Shown one piece after another: positions 11,301 to 25,478 of a stretch of 64,000 nt of DNA. The notes under the pieces are model-generated. The model saw nothing but the letters and a program-made list of their open reading frames with translations. It was not told where the DNA came from and did no database searches. Position numbers and translations under genes: made by a program. Positions within the stretch are counted from its first letter, which is position 1. Each line of letters starts with the position of its first letter. The stretch is from Eledone cirrhosa. Its lineage: Eukaryota. Location of the stretch: positions 257,176,001-257,240,000 of the forward strand of contig OZ024740.1 of assembly GCA_964016885.1 (NCBI GenBank), read 5' to 3'.

Positions 11301-12953
11301 TTAGAAATCCACAGTCTTTCTGGGAGAAATATCGCGACAGCATGTGCTTGGACATCCAAATACAATCTCGCTTTGCGTCCACACATGAATTTACAGTTTA
11401 CACTTGAAATATACAACTGCGGTCTCATATTTCTAGAAGATATACTTTTGTAAATGGGTGACTGTCACTTGAAGAACTACTGTATGGAATCCCCTAAAAG
11501 AGAAAATGAGGCTATTTGTAACCGCCCCCTACTAAGGGAGACATGCTACGGTGCTGCCAGGCGTCTGTCCTACGTTCAAGAAAGAGAAAAACTTTTGAAT
11601 CTTGAACAAGTTGGTGTCTATACTTTTGTTTTGACCATGCTTGAAGACACCAACGGTGGCAGCCACTTTCTTGATGCGCCAGATGGCACAGGAAAGACAT
11701 TTCTCCTCAACCTCCTTCTTGCCAAAGTTCGCCAACGTGGATAGATTGCCATTGCAATAGCGTCTTCAGGAATAGCAGCAACACTGCTAGACGGCGGCAG
11801 AACAGTCCATTCAAAATTTCAGCTTCCCCTTAACATCGGACATGTTGAAAATCCGACCACCAATATAAAGAAGAATTCTGATGAGGCTGCTGTCTTTCAA
11901 AAATGCAAATTGATTGTCTGGGACGAGGCACTAATGTCCCACAAGGGCACTTGATGCAATCAATACAACGCTACAAGACCTGCACTCCAACTCTACACCG
12001 TTCGGTGGCGTCGTTCTGCTTCTTGCTGGGGATGTTCGTCAAACACTTCCCATTGTCCCAAAAGGCCAACCAGTTGATGAAATAGATTCTTGCATTAAAC
12101 ATTCTCATCTTTGCCGCTTCGTCCAGTCGAGAAAGTTAACCATTAACATGCGATCGATTATCCACCAACAAGACGGTGTCAATTACTTTGCTTCAAAGTT
12201 ATTGGATGTTGGTAATGGGAATTTACCAATCGACATAAACGATTTGGTTGACATAAGTTCCATCGGTAACTACGTCTCCAGCCCTGAGGACATTTGCACA
12301 AGAGTTTACCCCGACCTCTCAACAAATTACGTCAGTCATCAATGGATGTGTGAAAGGGCCATCTTATCTCCTACAAATGCCACCGTCCAAGCTCTTAACA
12401 CATGTCTGCTTCATCAACTTCCTTCCCAAGAGCAATGTTATGCTTCGATTGATTCGATTACGGATCCGACGCAAGTAACGTTTTATCCAACAGAGTTTTT
12501 AAACTCACAAGAGCCATCGGTAATGCCTCCTCATAAACTCTGCCTAAGACTTGGAAGTCCCATCATACTCTTGATAAACTTGGAACCTCCTCGGCTTTGC
12601 AATGACACACGCTTGGTTATAACGCAAATGTTGTATGACGTTCTCGAGGCTATAATCATTACGGGAAAAGGCGCTGGCGACTCTGTTTTTATTTCCCGAG
12701 TTCCACTTATTCCAACTGACTGTGTCTTTCCGATGAAAGAGTCCAATTCCCCATTCGATTAAGTTCTGCAATGACCATTAACAAAGCCTAGGGGCAGTCA
12801 CTAAAAGTGGTTGGGCTGGACCTCAGTACTCCAAGCTTTTCACACGGACAACTGTATGTGGGATGTTCAAGAGTTGGAAACTCGGGCAATCTCTTTTACT
12901 ACGCTCCCGGAAGATTGACAAAAAATGTGGTTTACAAGGCAGCCCTCCAATAG
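8321..12953 (+). pseudogene. Helitron Rep/PIF1-like helicase (RepHel), frameshifted
   Basis: YDALQYPLLFP; Rep motifs PDLFITFTCNPKW, VEWQKRGLPHAYILLW, SIQYICKYVHKG; helicase motifs FLDAPDGTGKTFL, IVWDEA, AMTINKA*GQSL, FSHGQLYVGCSRV, TKNVVY. Multiple stops and frameshifts. Confidence 0.95.
9664..9752 (+). other. 89-bp phase-0 spliceosomal intron inside Helitron Rep
   Basis: AAG|GTAACT donor and pyrimidine tract TTTCTTCCTTTTCCAG acceptor. Removal joins VDVFAK to IDTERLQWIRHHQKELRSEEY in frame with ORF 9918. Confidence 0.88.
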
Positions 12954-13534
12954 TTTTTCCGTGGAGTTGAAATCCCCTTCATGTTGGTCCTTATTGCGAT
13001 TACTTACTTTTCACAATAGGTAATGTTACTCTTCCAACAAATGGCCATTCATGAAATCAACCATTTTTTCATTTCAATGGACAGCCTTCCACATGCCCCA
13101 GGTTATTTCATAATTCAATCACACATGTAGTTTCTTACAGATTGCCTTCATGTCAACCGAACTGTCGTCTATGCTTTTTGTACCGATTCTTCAGCCATTC
13201 AGTCAATTAAACGACATTCCAAACGATATTTTCATTTTTCTCTATTTTCTATTATCGATATTTCTCTATTTTCACATTTTAATAACAGATATCTGTAAAT
13301 AAAACATGCTCTTTTTGAATACCGTCTCATTGTTGATTGAAAGATTTGATCACGTAAAATTATCCTCCATGTTAAACATCGACAAGACGGAATTTCACCA
13401 TTAAGACTGCAGGCCTACCAAGAACTAACACTGTCCAATGGACGGGGGGCATTTGCTAGTATATATATATATATGTTAGGTAATTCCAAAGAAAAAGCAA
13501 AGGAAAAAAAGGTGCTCTATGTATAGAACAGAAC

Positions 13535-13683
13535 TATTTAATTAGAAAGTAAACAACACAATATATAACTACTCCATTACCAAGGGTTTCTGGATCCCAG
13601 ACAATAATAATATACGTTTGGGATCCAGAAACCTTTAGTAATGGAGTAATTATATTTTGTGTTGTTCACTTTCTAATTAAATA
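13535..13683. repeat. Fold-back module, arms 13535-13602 / 13616-13683
   Basis: Near-perfect inverted arms. The right arm begins GGGATCCAGAAAC, resembling the 3' half of a hammerhead. Confidence 0.85.
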
Positions 13684-13778
13684 TATATATATATTTCGTT
13701 TCTGAATTTGTTTAGCAGAAACAAAATGGCGTAGGACAGAACAAAGGAGAGGCACAGAAACAAAGAAAGGAATCCCCA

Positions 13779-13821
13779 GTCACTGAAGAGGTCACATAGT
13801 GTGTGACGAAAGAACTATGAC
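13779..13821 (+). ncRNA. Minimal type I hammerhead ribozyme
   Basis: GTCA-CTGAAGA-G-GTCACAT/GTGTGAC-GAAA-GAAC-TA-TGAC: 4-bp stem I, 7-bp stem II, vestigial stem III. Confidence 0.65.
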
Positions 13822-13983
13822 AATATATAAACAACTATCTGGTTGTGGAACCACCAACCAACTAGAAATTTATAAATTTATAAATTTATTGTAAATTTAT
13901 TATAAATTTATTATAATAATAAATTGAAGTGAAAGCAACTGGTGCGTGTGTTTCTTATTGGCAACATGACCCTCCCAAAGTAT

Positions 13984-14060
<77 letters not shown>

Positions 14061-14294
14061 ATGTGTGTGTGTGTGTGTATATGTGTGTGCATGTATTGAT
14101 AGTCTGCTGTACTGGGAAGAACACAAATTGAAGAAGTACTCGATACATGGTAACATGCAAAGTGGATATAGTAATGAAATTAGGGGATCAAGCTTGAGCT
14201 CACCGGTTTCGGATAGTTACCTAGACGAAGTAAATAACTCAACCGCCGAGCTAGCATTAGATCTTACTTTAATTCTTGATAGACTAAGAAAAGA

Positions 14295-14330
14295 GAATTT
14301 ACATTATGGACACTAGTCCTTCGTCAGAAC
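14295..14330 (-). ncRNA. Degenerate hammerhead remnant
   Basis: Minus strand CTGACGA-A-GGAC-TAGT-GTCC-ATAATGTA; the GAAAC is mutated. Confidence 0.4.
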
Positions 14331-14504
14331 ATAGAATGAGAAATACAAAATGAAATAGAAGGATAGAGAGTGTGAAGTGGAAGGAACAGAAAACATATTT
14401 AAAAAAAAAAACACGTAGTATATATAGTCAGTTATATATATAAAATGTTGTATAAAGCGGGTTAGTTAGCTCAAAAAGCTGAACGTATAATTAATAATAG
14501 TACG

Positions 14505-14798
<294 letters not shown>

Positions 14799-15381
14799 AA
14801 ATATATAATTTCATTTCCTTTTCAATAATTATATGAATATATTGACCAGACGAAATAATAACTTTCATAGAAAGATATGCAAATATATGCATGAAGTCTA
14901 TGGTTATAAATCAACTGTAGTAAAACTGGTCATATTATTGGTACCGGCATTGCAGTCATGATAAAGTAACAAAATAGCCAAAACAATAACAACAATCACA
15001 TTAAATGTATCAGATGTGTTGATACGCATAGGTTAAGTTAATAAATACATGTTGGTTTATAATGAATTTTTTTTGTTTTTTTGTTTTGTGTACTGAGTTA
15101 TCTTATAGTATGAACTACTAAATGAGAAAAAGAAAAAAAAACACAAACACTAAAACAGACATAAACAAACGAAGATTCAGCTTTATGTAGTGAGTATGCA
15201 TATGTATATATGAAATATACATACGAATATACATATATGGGTGTATATATGATTGTATGTGCGTGTGAGCATGTGAATATGTACACAAACACGTAAATAT
15301 ATAAGCATATGTTATACATTTATACATATATACATATATGTATATATGCATGTATGTGTATATATATATACATACACACAC

Positions 15382-15460
<79 letters not shown>

Positions 15461-15462
15461 TA

Positions 15463-18098
15463 CAGGTAGGTAAAATTCCCGAGATCCATGGACGAGTTCT
15501 CTCCAGCAGTCTCCGTGCTTCATCAACGCCGCCATGTCGTGCGTCTCCAAGAGACCTGTGTTTGTCCTTAGGGTATCAAGTTGATACTATCAACATTTGT
15601 CAACCTCTTCTAGTGTGTCCGTGTAGGGCCTCCTTCACTGTGTTTGTCACCAGAAATATGTCGTCAGCAAATTTAGCATCTGATATTTTTTAGCCTTAAC
15701 TCTTCTGCTCTGAGCCAGTGCTGCAGTAAAGCCAGTGTCGTGGTGTTTCTCTAACGCAAGGAGCATACAATAGTCCACAGCGATGATAAAAAGGTACGGA
15801 GCTAATGTATCTCCCTGGACCACTCCAGCCAGTATCTCAAAGAACTCCGTCTTCCCGTCTGGTGTAATGATTTGGGCTTTGGTGTTGAGCAGTGACATCA
15901 GGTCCACTATCTTCTTGGGGATTCCATAAGCCTGTAAGATCTTCATCAGGAAATGACGGTGCACAGAATCCAAGGCCTTTTTAAAGTCAATGAAAACCAT
16001 GACAGCAGGAAGGCTCGTTGCTCTAGCACCCTCTAATATCCTCCTCAGCATCAGGATGAGACTGGTAGTTGACCTTCTCTCTCTGAAGAAGTTCTAGTTG
16101 TCCCTGAGCTTCTTCTCCATCTCGGGCTGGATCCTGTTGAGGGTTTTTTCCACAAGTGATCCTCCCGTTGTTGTGGTGTTAGAGAGATATCCCTTATTTG
16201 GCACTGGGACGATGCTACTGGTCCTCTATTGATACGTGGCAACTCCTTTCTCCAGTGCCTGGTTACAGAATTCCAGGATGATATCATCAAAATCACACCA
16301 CTTCATCACATATGATGCCCCTCCATCGGAGATAATGGGCCTTGCCCTCCATGATCTTCTTCTTGGCTCTCTGAAGCTTGTCTCAAGCAGCTGTCTGATC
16401 TCCCCAGTGTTCTGGGCTGTGGAGGGCGGCTCTCCTAGTACGTTCCTAAAACTGTCCAACCATTTCCTCTTCCTATCCTCGGGCCCTGTTCCCTGGATCT
16501 GACTGGAACACTCTCCCCTCCTCCCTGTGACCTCATTGATAATCGCCCAGCTCTCATTACACCTAGACCTGTCAACGACTCTCTCCACTCTTCTGATCTT
16601 CTTTATCAGCGCCTCCTCTCTGGTAAGAGGTACATAGATCTTCCTTCATCACCTCCATATTCTCCTTCCTCTCCTCCGTAGGATCAGCAAGGAATTGGTC
16701 CATGGCAGCTTTCAGGTGTTCTCTGGATGCACACATTTTTGAGTCTGCAGAGCTAACGTCCTTGCTCTTCTTCTTTCTCCTCGGCACCAGGGTCTCACTT
16801 GCTTCCACCACTGCATTGGTGAATTACCCGTACCTCCTCGTCACACTCTCCTCGGTCTCTCCAATCTCTCTCTCCTATGCCTTTGCACACAGAGCACTCA
16901 ACCTGATCCTCACTTCCACTGTGAACCTCTCCTGTAGTTTATCTTCCTTGAAAGCTAGGCAGTCATAGATTGCTCCCCGGGGCTGAGCCTTATTCTTTCT
17001 TAAGCTCACCCGGACCTCACTTATAACAAACCGGTGTTCACTCCCCAGTGTACTGAAATAATTGTATGGTTCTGTGTTCAGAACACTATTACGCCACTCC
17101 TTCCTCACCAGAATGCAATGAATCTGGTCTTGGACAGGTGCATATAAGAGATGTAGGTCCACATCTTCCCCGGTTTCTTCCTAAAACCTAGGTTGGTTGA
17201 TATCAAGTTTGCCTCCAGATGGGTGTCCCTCAGTAGTCTTCCATTTCGGTTGGTGTTGTTATGGAAGTACCAGCAAAGATCTTCAACGCTCTCCTTTCTC
17301 AGATGTGCACTGAAGTCACCCAGAACAAGCAGGATGTTATGAGCTGGTGTGGTGTTGACAGCTCTACACACCCACTCTCATCACTGTCTCTCTGGGTTGG
17401 CTGAGATGACTGTCAGTCTTGGATTTCCACTGAAGGTCGCCGTCAACACTCGCGGGGAGACAGGTATGATTTCCCTCAAAATGATTTTTGCACTGAACAC
17501 AAAACCCACTTCTACTGCAGCATTAGTTGTGTTCCTCAGAGCTGATGTGGTGATAAGCTGGCTCTTCTGTCCAATCATCACTCTCTTCACAGGCTCATCA
17601 TGTAGGATCCTGTGTTCTTGGATCACAATTATCTGCATACCACTCTCCTCGAACAAATGACGCAACAACTTTCTCTTCTCCAGCGTCCGAATAGTCCTCA
17701 CATTCAAAGTGTCCATTTTAATGTTCTTCTGCAGCACAAACTGCATTCTTTATATTTGTCTCAGAGATAGATGCTCCATAATCCACGGGCCCTCCCTGTG
17801 GCTCTAAACCAGCTGAGCCATAACGACCAGACTGTTCCTTGACAGTGTAGTTAGGGGCTCCAACTTTAGTGCTGTTAAATACACTCTCCATGGTCCTTCT
17901 CAATGGCTGATAATATCTTACGGGTACCACTCGAGTAAGGTAATTATTTAACCCATGAAAGGGGCCCTAAACGTACTACTACTCCGGGCCAGAGGAGACC
18001 TGGCAGTGATAACAACTAAGGGGTAACTGCATATTCTCCAAAGCTCCTGAATTCGAGATTTGTCACTGGATGCCATACCCAATGTCATACCCAGGACA
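15463..18098 (-). mobile_element. RTE/RTE-X-type LINE, decayed, with internal deletion after the RT core
   Basis: APE endonuclease start TLNVRTI..IQEHR..SGNPRLTVIS, LVLGDFSAHL; RT FIDFKKALDSV, GVVQGDTLAPYLFII, FADD; short TACC-repeat tail at about 15465. 17945-18098 is the presumed 5' UTR. Confidence 0.9.
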
Positions 18099-18213
18099 AT
18101 ATATATATTATATATATATATATTAGTATTGGTGCTCTGAAATTGCGATGCATACATGAATGAATATATAGTATATTTGGCAATATACCGTATGTTTAAT
18201 TAAGGTGAACAGT

Positions 18214-18263
18214 GAACTGCACTGATGAAGGGTGATACCCAGAAACATTAGTGTCTGCAGTTC
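18214..18263 (+). ncRNA. Type I hammerhead ribozyme (family also at about 42633-42682)
   Basis: Stem I GAACTGCA/TGCAGTTC, CTGATGA, stem II GGGT/ACCC, GAAAC, quasi-palindromic stem III ACATTAGTGT, GUC cleavage after 18255. Confidence 0.85.
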
Positions 18264-18385
18264 TGTTTACATGCCAACACAAGAGCAATAATGGGGGGCT
18301 CGTTCTACTGACATGGCTTTAAAAAGAGGCTGTTTGCATAATTGCAAACAAATCGAATATTATTAATAATATTCGAAAAACTGAT

Positions 18386-18462
<77 letters not shown>

Positions 18463-18643
18463 GAAAATGTGTTCCTACACGCACAATGCGCTAAGGGACA
18501 CATGTATTGTCCAACCAAATGCCAATGTGGTTCAATGGCAGGTTAATAAATTAACGAGCCAGAACATATATAAACAAGGTTTAGCAAATAAGGAAAAAAG
18601 TTTCAAAATAAATTTTAAAAAATTAACATTACCTACTATAGTT

Positions 18644-18727
18644 ACCTTTACCGAATCGGTTTCGAATCTCAAAAATAAACGGAGTCCATACGGCCTTCGT
18701 TGCAAAGAGAGATTCTCGTCAGAAGGT
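18644..18727 (-). ncRNA. Full-length type I hammerhead ribozyme with long loop II
   Basis: Minus strand ACCTT-CTGACGA-GAATCTC..GAGATTC-GAAAC-CGATTCG-GTA-AAGGT: all three stems pair, GUA cleavage triplet. Confidence 0.88.
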
Positions 18728-18974
18728 TCTTTACATTCGAAGAATATGAAATTCTCGAACTTAAATTACAAACTGGCGCTATTCAAAATTGTTCCCGAGA
18801 TGAGAGTAAATGAAGTGGAATCAATTTTTTCAAGGGCCGAGTGCAAAGATAGAAGCAGAGGCAGGCAGGTCAGTCTGCGACCGCTATAACTAGCAGCAGT
18901 CAGAACGACCAACTTTTTTTCTCAACATAGAGGAGAATAGTAATATATATATATATATATTACGAAGGAAATGT

Positions 18975-19091
18975 GGTAGGGAACCAGGTGGACCATAAGG
19001 CACCAAAGTACTCAATACTTAGGGTAGTTGAGTGGGTAATAGGAACGAGTAGGGGTCCTACTCGTTCCTATATATATATATATATATATAT

Positions 19092-19128
<37 letters not shown>

Positions 19129-19270
19129 TATATATATCAGAATGGAGGCGGTAAAAAGCAGTTAGACCATTACTCACCAGAGTACTCAATACTTGGGTTA
19201 GTAGAGTTGGTAATACAAATATTTTCAGGACCCCGACGGCTGAGCTCCGACCCTTTCAACAACAAGATCC
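18975..19270. repeat. Two TA-separated fragments of a short family also at 38573-38630, 41230-41417 and 45243-45300
   Basis: Shared GACCATAA..CACCAAAGTACTCAATACTTAG.GTAG..GAGTGGGTAATAGGAAC and GACCCCGACGGCTGAGCTC. Confidence 0.8.
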
Positions 19271-19950
19271 GAACCCTGCTGTACTGTATTCAGTAAGTAT
19301 GTATTTTCATGTACAACAAAACACAAGATATACCAAAAATACGAAAAAGAAAAACATTGAAAAAATGTACATATTCTAATACCAGCATTCTAGCCGGAGC
19401 CACCATGATTTTTCTGAAATAGATATCCCAAGTTGCAACATTAATATCATCGGTTGAGAGAGATATGAGAGCGCTTCGGCTGCTATCTCTATGGGGTCGG
19501 ACTCCAAAACTGTACTACAGACTAAGATTTTAAAAGACCAAAAAAGTTAGAGCTATCATGTTTATTATTCATAATAATTATAAAGATAAAAATAAAATGT
19601 ATGCTGCAGATATATAGCTCTATATAAATTGTGGATTTTCGTCGGTTCAGATGAGTATTCCAATTATTTCAGCAAGCATACAGACTGCTAATCTCGTGAG
19701 ATTAACGTATATGTGTCTGAACATATACCAACATATATCGACAGTCGATAGACTTTCGTCAAATCGGACAGAGGAGACTGTATTTCCATTGGTCTTTCCA
19801 ATTGCTAATACTATCTATCGGTCGCAACTCCAGGTAGAAGGTGTAAAAAACCTAGCGACTCGAGCCACTTTTTTTCCACATAAAACAGAAATAACATTCG
19901 AAAGCCAACGACATGCGAAAAAAACCCACAAACACTCCATCTCAATTCTA

Positions 19951-19987
19951 CGTTTGAAAAGCATAAGAACTGTGAAACCGGTAAAGG
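19951..19987 (+). ncRNA. Minimal hammerhead, U3:A8 variant
   Basis: TTGAAAA-GCA..TGT-GAAAC-CG-GTA-AAGG with ACCGGT palindrome. Homologous to 51330-51365. Confidence 0.55.
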
Positions 19988-20102
19988 AAACAAATAAATA
20001 TTCTTAAAAAGAGTCTAGTTGCATTTTCAATTTCTTTTCCTTACATATATATATATATATATGTGTGTGTGTGGGTGGGTGTATGTGGGTGTGAGTGTGT
20101 GA

Positions 20103-20157
<55 letters not shown>

Positions 20158-20170
20158 CATACACATACAA

Positions 20171-20245
<75 letters not shown>

Positions 20246-20465
20246 ATGGAAAACGAAAAATCAGTGATGTATCGGAATTCAATTTATTGTGTTACAATTA
20301 TTTCCCCGGCGAACAGTTCGAGGTGCGATCCATGTTCGGATCTACCTGACTCTAGTCTCCCAGTTTCCTCGGACACGTCTATTGATTTCGGATCATATTC
20401 TCTTTCTGGGGTTTTCTGGCCCTACAAGCATATATCGTCCACCTTCATCCGGTTAGCTACAATTA

Positions 20466-20547
<82 letters not shown>

Positions 20548-21504
20548 TGTTGTAAGTCAACAGGTTAAAATTAACTTCATATATTCATATCCCCTGCAAT
20601 ATATATTTCGGTGATAACCATTATTCAACAGCTATAACCTACTCAGGCAGCTAGAAGTTGAACAGAAAAAAACAGAAAAACATAGAGGTGTAACAAATTT
20701 TACCTCTATATTTCGTTGATATTACCAGTTCCGAACAGTAGTGTTGTTTTCTCAAAGAACTGGGGGCATAAAATTTAGAATGAACGAATTCAAGCATCCG
20801 AAGAATATACTTCACTCCTATTGGTCAGGTACTATCTTAACACTCCAGTACTAAGTCTATTGAATTTCTTAGGTCAGTTGTCCTTGAAAAAGGTCAGTCT
20901 GCTAGGGTTGTTTTAAACAACCAACTATAATAACTGCATATACCCAGAAAATAGGGGTGTTCTGGTCTAGCTGACTTAATTGACCATAGTGACAGTAGTT
21001 TAACCAGGTCATAACTACCACTCATTTTACGGTGATATTGTAGTTGCTAGTGAAGAATTCACGTATGTAGCCAGATATGGGTTCACCTGGGAATGTGATT
21101 GCTTATCAATATTAAGAGTCCTGATACTATGAGATGTTAGAATTATAACTGTAGGTGTTAAAATTATAATCCATATTGTAAACATTTAGTACATACCCGA
21201 GCACACATACACAAAAATATATATATATACATGCACACACACACACACACACATATATATCTATAAATACGCATACATCCATACATAAACATATCAATAT
21301 ACATATATATATAAGTGGAAGCTTAGTAAAATCTGTGGCCAAGCAAAGTCGACCTACAATAGGAATGAGTTAGCAAAGCACTCAGTAAGGGTAGGTGCTT
21401 AGATTAATAACATACGTGTACGTGGCTTGACAAATTGAACATTGCGGTAGGCAAAACCCAACCACACAATACCAAAGTCACGAAAGAACTAACAGGTTAA
21501 TAAA

Positions 21505-21626
21505 CAAACCTGGACAAACCGGACGAAATCCGAAGTGTTTCTATGAATCCGAAATCATTTATCCAACTTACGTAAAACGCAAGCTTGTGGTATTCCATGA
21601 TCGAACAGAGGATTCATTTCATCAAA
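21505..21626 (-). ncRNA. Hammerhead with expanded stem II (5' stem I lost at TA junction)
   Basis: Minus strand TTGATGA-A-ATGAATCC..GGATTCAT-A-GAAAC..CGGA/TCCG..GTC-CAGGTTT. Homologous to 35216-35400. Confidence 0.6.
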
Positions 21627-21682
21627 AAGGGATATATATATATACACACACACACGCACATAGGTACACACACACATACACG

Positions 21683-21748
<66 letters not shown>

Positions 21749-22221
21749 GTCTGGGTTGGTTTTCGCTTCTGTATCTTTTATTGGTCAATCAATGATAAAC
21801 ATTGATTGCCAGATAAATTATATATATATATATATCCCCTCTCCCCCTATCACCGACCTACACTCCACCCCACACACACACACATTTTCCTGAACATGGA
21901 ACCTCCTTCTTCCCCCAACTCTCACATTCACATACACACACACACACACACATACATACACCTACACACATACACCAACTTCAGCCCTCCCCGCTCGGAC
22001 ACCCCGCCTCCCTCTCCCCACTCCACCCGCCACCACTCCTACACGCCCCACACGCTTCCACCACTTATTTATCTTCATGTTTATTTTTATTTTTATTTTT
22101 TTATATTTATTTTTATTTGTACCCCTTCCACCGTTTTTCCTCCTTTTCCTACCCTCCCTTTTTCTAAATGTCTCTCCCCCACTCCCCTACACACCCTCGG
22201 AACTCTCTTCCCACACACTTT

Positions 22222-22256
22222 TCGCCTGAAGAAGGGCTTATGCCCGAAACGTCGTT
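22222..22256 (+). ncRNA. Minimal hammerhead motif in PLE pLTR
   Basis: CTGAAGA (22226-22232)-A-GGGCTTATGCCC-GAAAC-GTC. Confidence 0.75.
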
Positions 22257-22701
22257 CCCCCCACCTCCACCCCCCAGTCTCAAGAGCTTGAAACTAATAA
22301 ACCTTTGTTCGTACTGCCTCTCTGTTTTGTTCCCGTTCCATTTTTCACTATACAATACACGCTCCCACAGCTTGCATACCACCTTTGAATACTACCTTGA
22401 CTACCGGCTCAACCCCGACCTAATCTGCCGTGACCACTCTGAACTTTCTCCACACCTTCCCACATCCCGTTTTTTTCCTTTCTTTGCATTACTTTTTGAT
22501 TGATTTATTTACTGTATTTGTTTATTTCTGTCTATGCTTTTTTGTCTATGATTTTCCTGTGTATACTCTCCTCTCCTTACGTTATTTCTGTTTGATTTTC
22601 CCTCCCCCGTCTCTGCCTACCTTTAGCACTCACCCCTTCGTCCCTCCCCCCATCACACACCTCCCTTCTTATTCCTCCCCCTGCTTTCAACTCACGCCCA
22701 T

Positions 22702-25478
22702 CATGCCCAGCCTGAGATCCTTTCTCCACCAACTCCACACCCGCCTCAAACTTTTCCTCACCGCACCCCTCCCTCCCCGCTATCTCCCCTCGGCCCTCCA
22801 ACTCTCCTACCTTCTCTTCGCCAAAACCCGGCACTCCAGCCACATCCATTTACTCAGCCGCTGCCTCCACCTCCACCTTATCCCCCTCGGCTTCCGTCTA
22901 CACTTCCATACCTCCCCCTCCGCTTGCCCTCCACCCAACGTATCCTCACCCGATCCTAGCGCCTCCTAATGCGCAACTCCCTCCGCTCCTCCCGTTCCAC
23001 TATCCGCAAACTTGACTACCAACTGACCCCCACCCTCCTTTGCCTTAACTCCGCCTGTCACCCCCTCCTCGCCCACTCCACCCTCCTCTTCATCCAAAAC
23101 CTCAACCGCGACCTCTTCTCCTTCCTCACCTCCACCAAAGCCCTTAAGCTACATCCCCCTCCCCCCAAAAAACATATGTCCCCCACCCCCCATCCCACCC
23201 CTCCCCTCCCGTCCACATACCTCCCACCCCACCACCACACCTCACCACACCTCACCACACCACTACCCGATCTCCACCCTCAACCTCACCCCTCACCACA
23301 CCCTCACCTCCTCCTTCACACATCCAAACCCCACCACTTGTTGTCACCATACCCCCTGACCACCCCCTCTCAGCACCTGAGCGCTCACTCCTCAGTAGAG
23401 GCCTTCGCTCCATACCTCTCACTCCGCACAGTGACGAGTTCCGCACCGAACGGAAGTCTAGCAAGTCGTGCGACGCACGAAGCTACAGGCACATTTCGAT
23501 CAACTCCACCGGCTTCGAACGCCCCACACCCGTTTCTCGCTCTGGGCCGACGACCATCGTCTTGGACGCCGGCCCCAGGGCAATTTAGCACCAGAACGCG
23601 TTCGTCGACGCCTGCCGTAGCGCAGTAAATCGCTTCGACTTCCGCCACCAGTCCAAACGGCATAACATCTCACGGGGCGAACTCCTCGCTCTCCACTCCC
23701 TCCGTAGCCGAGATGACATCGTCATCAAACCGGCGGACAAGGGAGACGCCGTGATGGTGTGGCGCGCTGACTTCTACACGGCTGAAGCCCTCGGGCAGCT
23801 CCGTAACCCACTCTTCTACCGCCCTCTACCCTCCGATCCCACATCCCTCTACCAAGAATAAGTTTCCTCCACCATCCAACACCTTGTCTCCTCCTCCCTC
23901 CCCCCCCCACCGCTTCCCACCTCATCGTCCGCACCCCTGCACCCCCACTATCTACTTCCTCCGCAAACTCCACAAACCCGACAACCCCGGCCGCCCCATC
24001 GTCTCCGCTTGCAACTGCCCTACCGAACTCATCTACGCCTTTCCTGAATCCATCGTTGTCCCCATCGTCACCATCCTCCCCTCCCACATCTCTGACACCA
24101 ACCACGCCCTTCGCCTATTCGACTCCTTCACCTTCCCACCCGGCCCACATCCCTTCCTCTTCACCCTAGATATCAAGTCGCTTTATACTGTCATCCCCCA
24201 CGCCGACGGCCTACCTTCCCTCAAGCACTAGCTCGACCTTCGTCCCTCCCGCATCCCCTCCACCCCAACCCTCCTTCGCCTCGCCGAGCTGGTCCTCACC
24301 CTCAACTGTTTCTCCTTCTCGGGTGAGTTTTACCAACAGGTCACGGGGGAAGCTATGGGCATAAGAATGAGCCCAAACTATGCCAACCTTTTCGTTGGCC
24401 ATGTTGAGGCACAAATCTTTGCCCAGTACACCGGCACCCGCCCGAACTGTACGGTCTTTACATCGAGAACAGCTCGACTCCTTTCTCTCCTTCTTCTGCT
24501 CCTTCCACCCCTACCTCCACTTCACCACCTCTATCTCCACCACCCACGACCACTTCTTAGACATCTCCGTCGCCATCGGCCCCTCCCACTACTCCCTCGT
24601 CACCTCCGCCTTCTTCAAACCCACCGACTCCCACTCCTACCTCGACTTCACCTCCTCCCAACCTACACACACTAAACACTCTATTCCCTACTCCCAACTC
24701 CTCAGGATCCGCCGCCTCTGCAGCCGAGATGCTGACTTTGTGTCCCAGGCGCTTTCCCTAGTCAGCCATTTCATCCGCAGAGGCTACTCCCCTCCCTTGT
24801 CCACACCGCCCTCACTCGCGGCCGTCCTGTCCACCGCCCACCACCCTCACCCCACGCCACCGCACAGCCACCCAGAGTCTCCCATTCCCCATCACCTACA
24901 ACCCTTCCACCCTACCCCACCACCGCACCATCCTCCGCTTCTTCCAACGCCTCCAGTCCGACCCCTCCACCTCCCACATTTTCCCGTCCCCACCACTCCC
25001 CTCGTTCAAACGCGCACGCAATCTCCGCAACCTCCTCGTCCGCAGCTCCCCCCCTCCTCGGTTCCCTTCCCTGTTCCAGGCCTCGTTGCAATACCTGTCC
25101 CGACATCACCAACACCACCATCTTCCAGGGTCCCAATGGCCACTCGCTCTCTCTCTCCGGCACGTCTTCCGCTGCACCTCCTCCAACCTAGTCTATGGAC
25201 TTCGCTGCACGGAGCGTAGCGCAACCTACGTCGTACAGACTGGACGCCGCCTGGTGGACCGTTTCACCGAGCACCTCTGGGATATTCGTCTCGGCGGGAG
25301 TGTCCCCATCACCTGCCATTTGGCTCCCCTGGACATTCCGCGCACCACCTCACAGACTGTGGCCTACTCCAATGCCACGGAACACCCGCCACCCTCCTCA
25401 GGGTCGAACAACGCACCATCTTCACCCTACAGAACCACACTCTCCCAGGCCTGAACTCCCCACCCCTATTCCTTTAAG
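22702..25478 (+). pseudogene. PLE reverse transcriptase + GIY-YIG endonuclease ORF, frameshifted
   Basis: Starts MPSLRSFLHQ. Motifs are spread over ORFs 23884, 24355, 24380 and 25086. The catalytic YIDD is cut by a deletion at about 24465 (ELYGLYI joined to EQLDSFLSF). Confidence 0.88.

Larger units (their letters stand above)
8060..13459 (+). mobile_element. Helitron (rolling-circle transposon); 5' end uncertain
   Basis: Rep-Hel coding region plus canonical 3' end: hairpin CTGTCC-AAT-GGACGG (13431-13445) followed by CTAG (13456-13459) and a T of the (TA)n flank. Confidence 0.9.

Noticed and set aside
11878-11905. CTGATGAG motif
   Set aside because: Lies in Helitron helicase coding sequence with no stems or GAAA.
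18467-18889. 140-aa ORF with ordinary composition
   Set aside because: No recognisable domain; it overlaps the minus-strand hammerhead module between TA tracts.
20595-20655. Minus-strand CTGAGTA..GAAATATATA hammerhead-like motif; similar weak cases at 28510, 36445 and 56300
   Set aside because: Core nucleotides violate the consensus without compensation. Probably decayed hammerheads, but not supportable individually.
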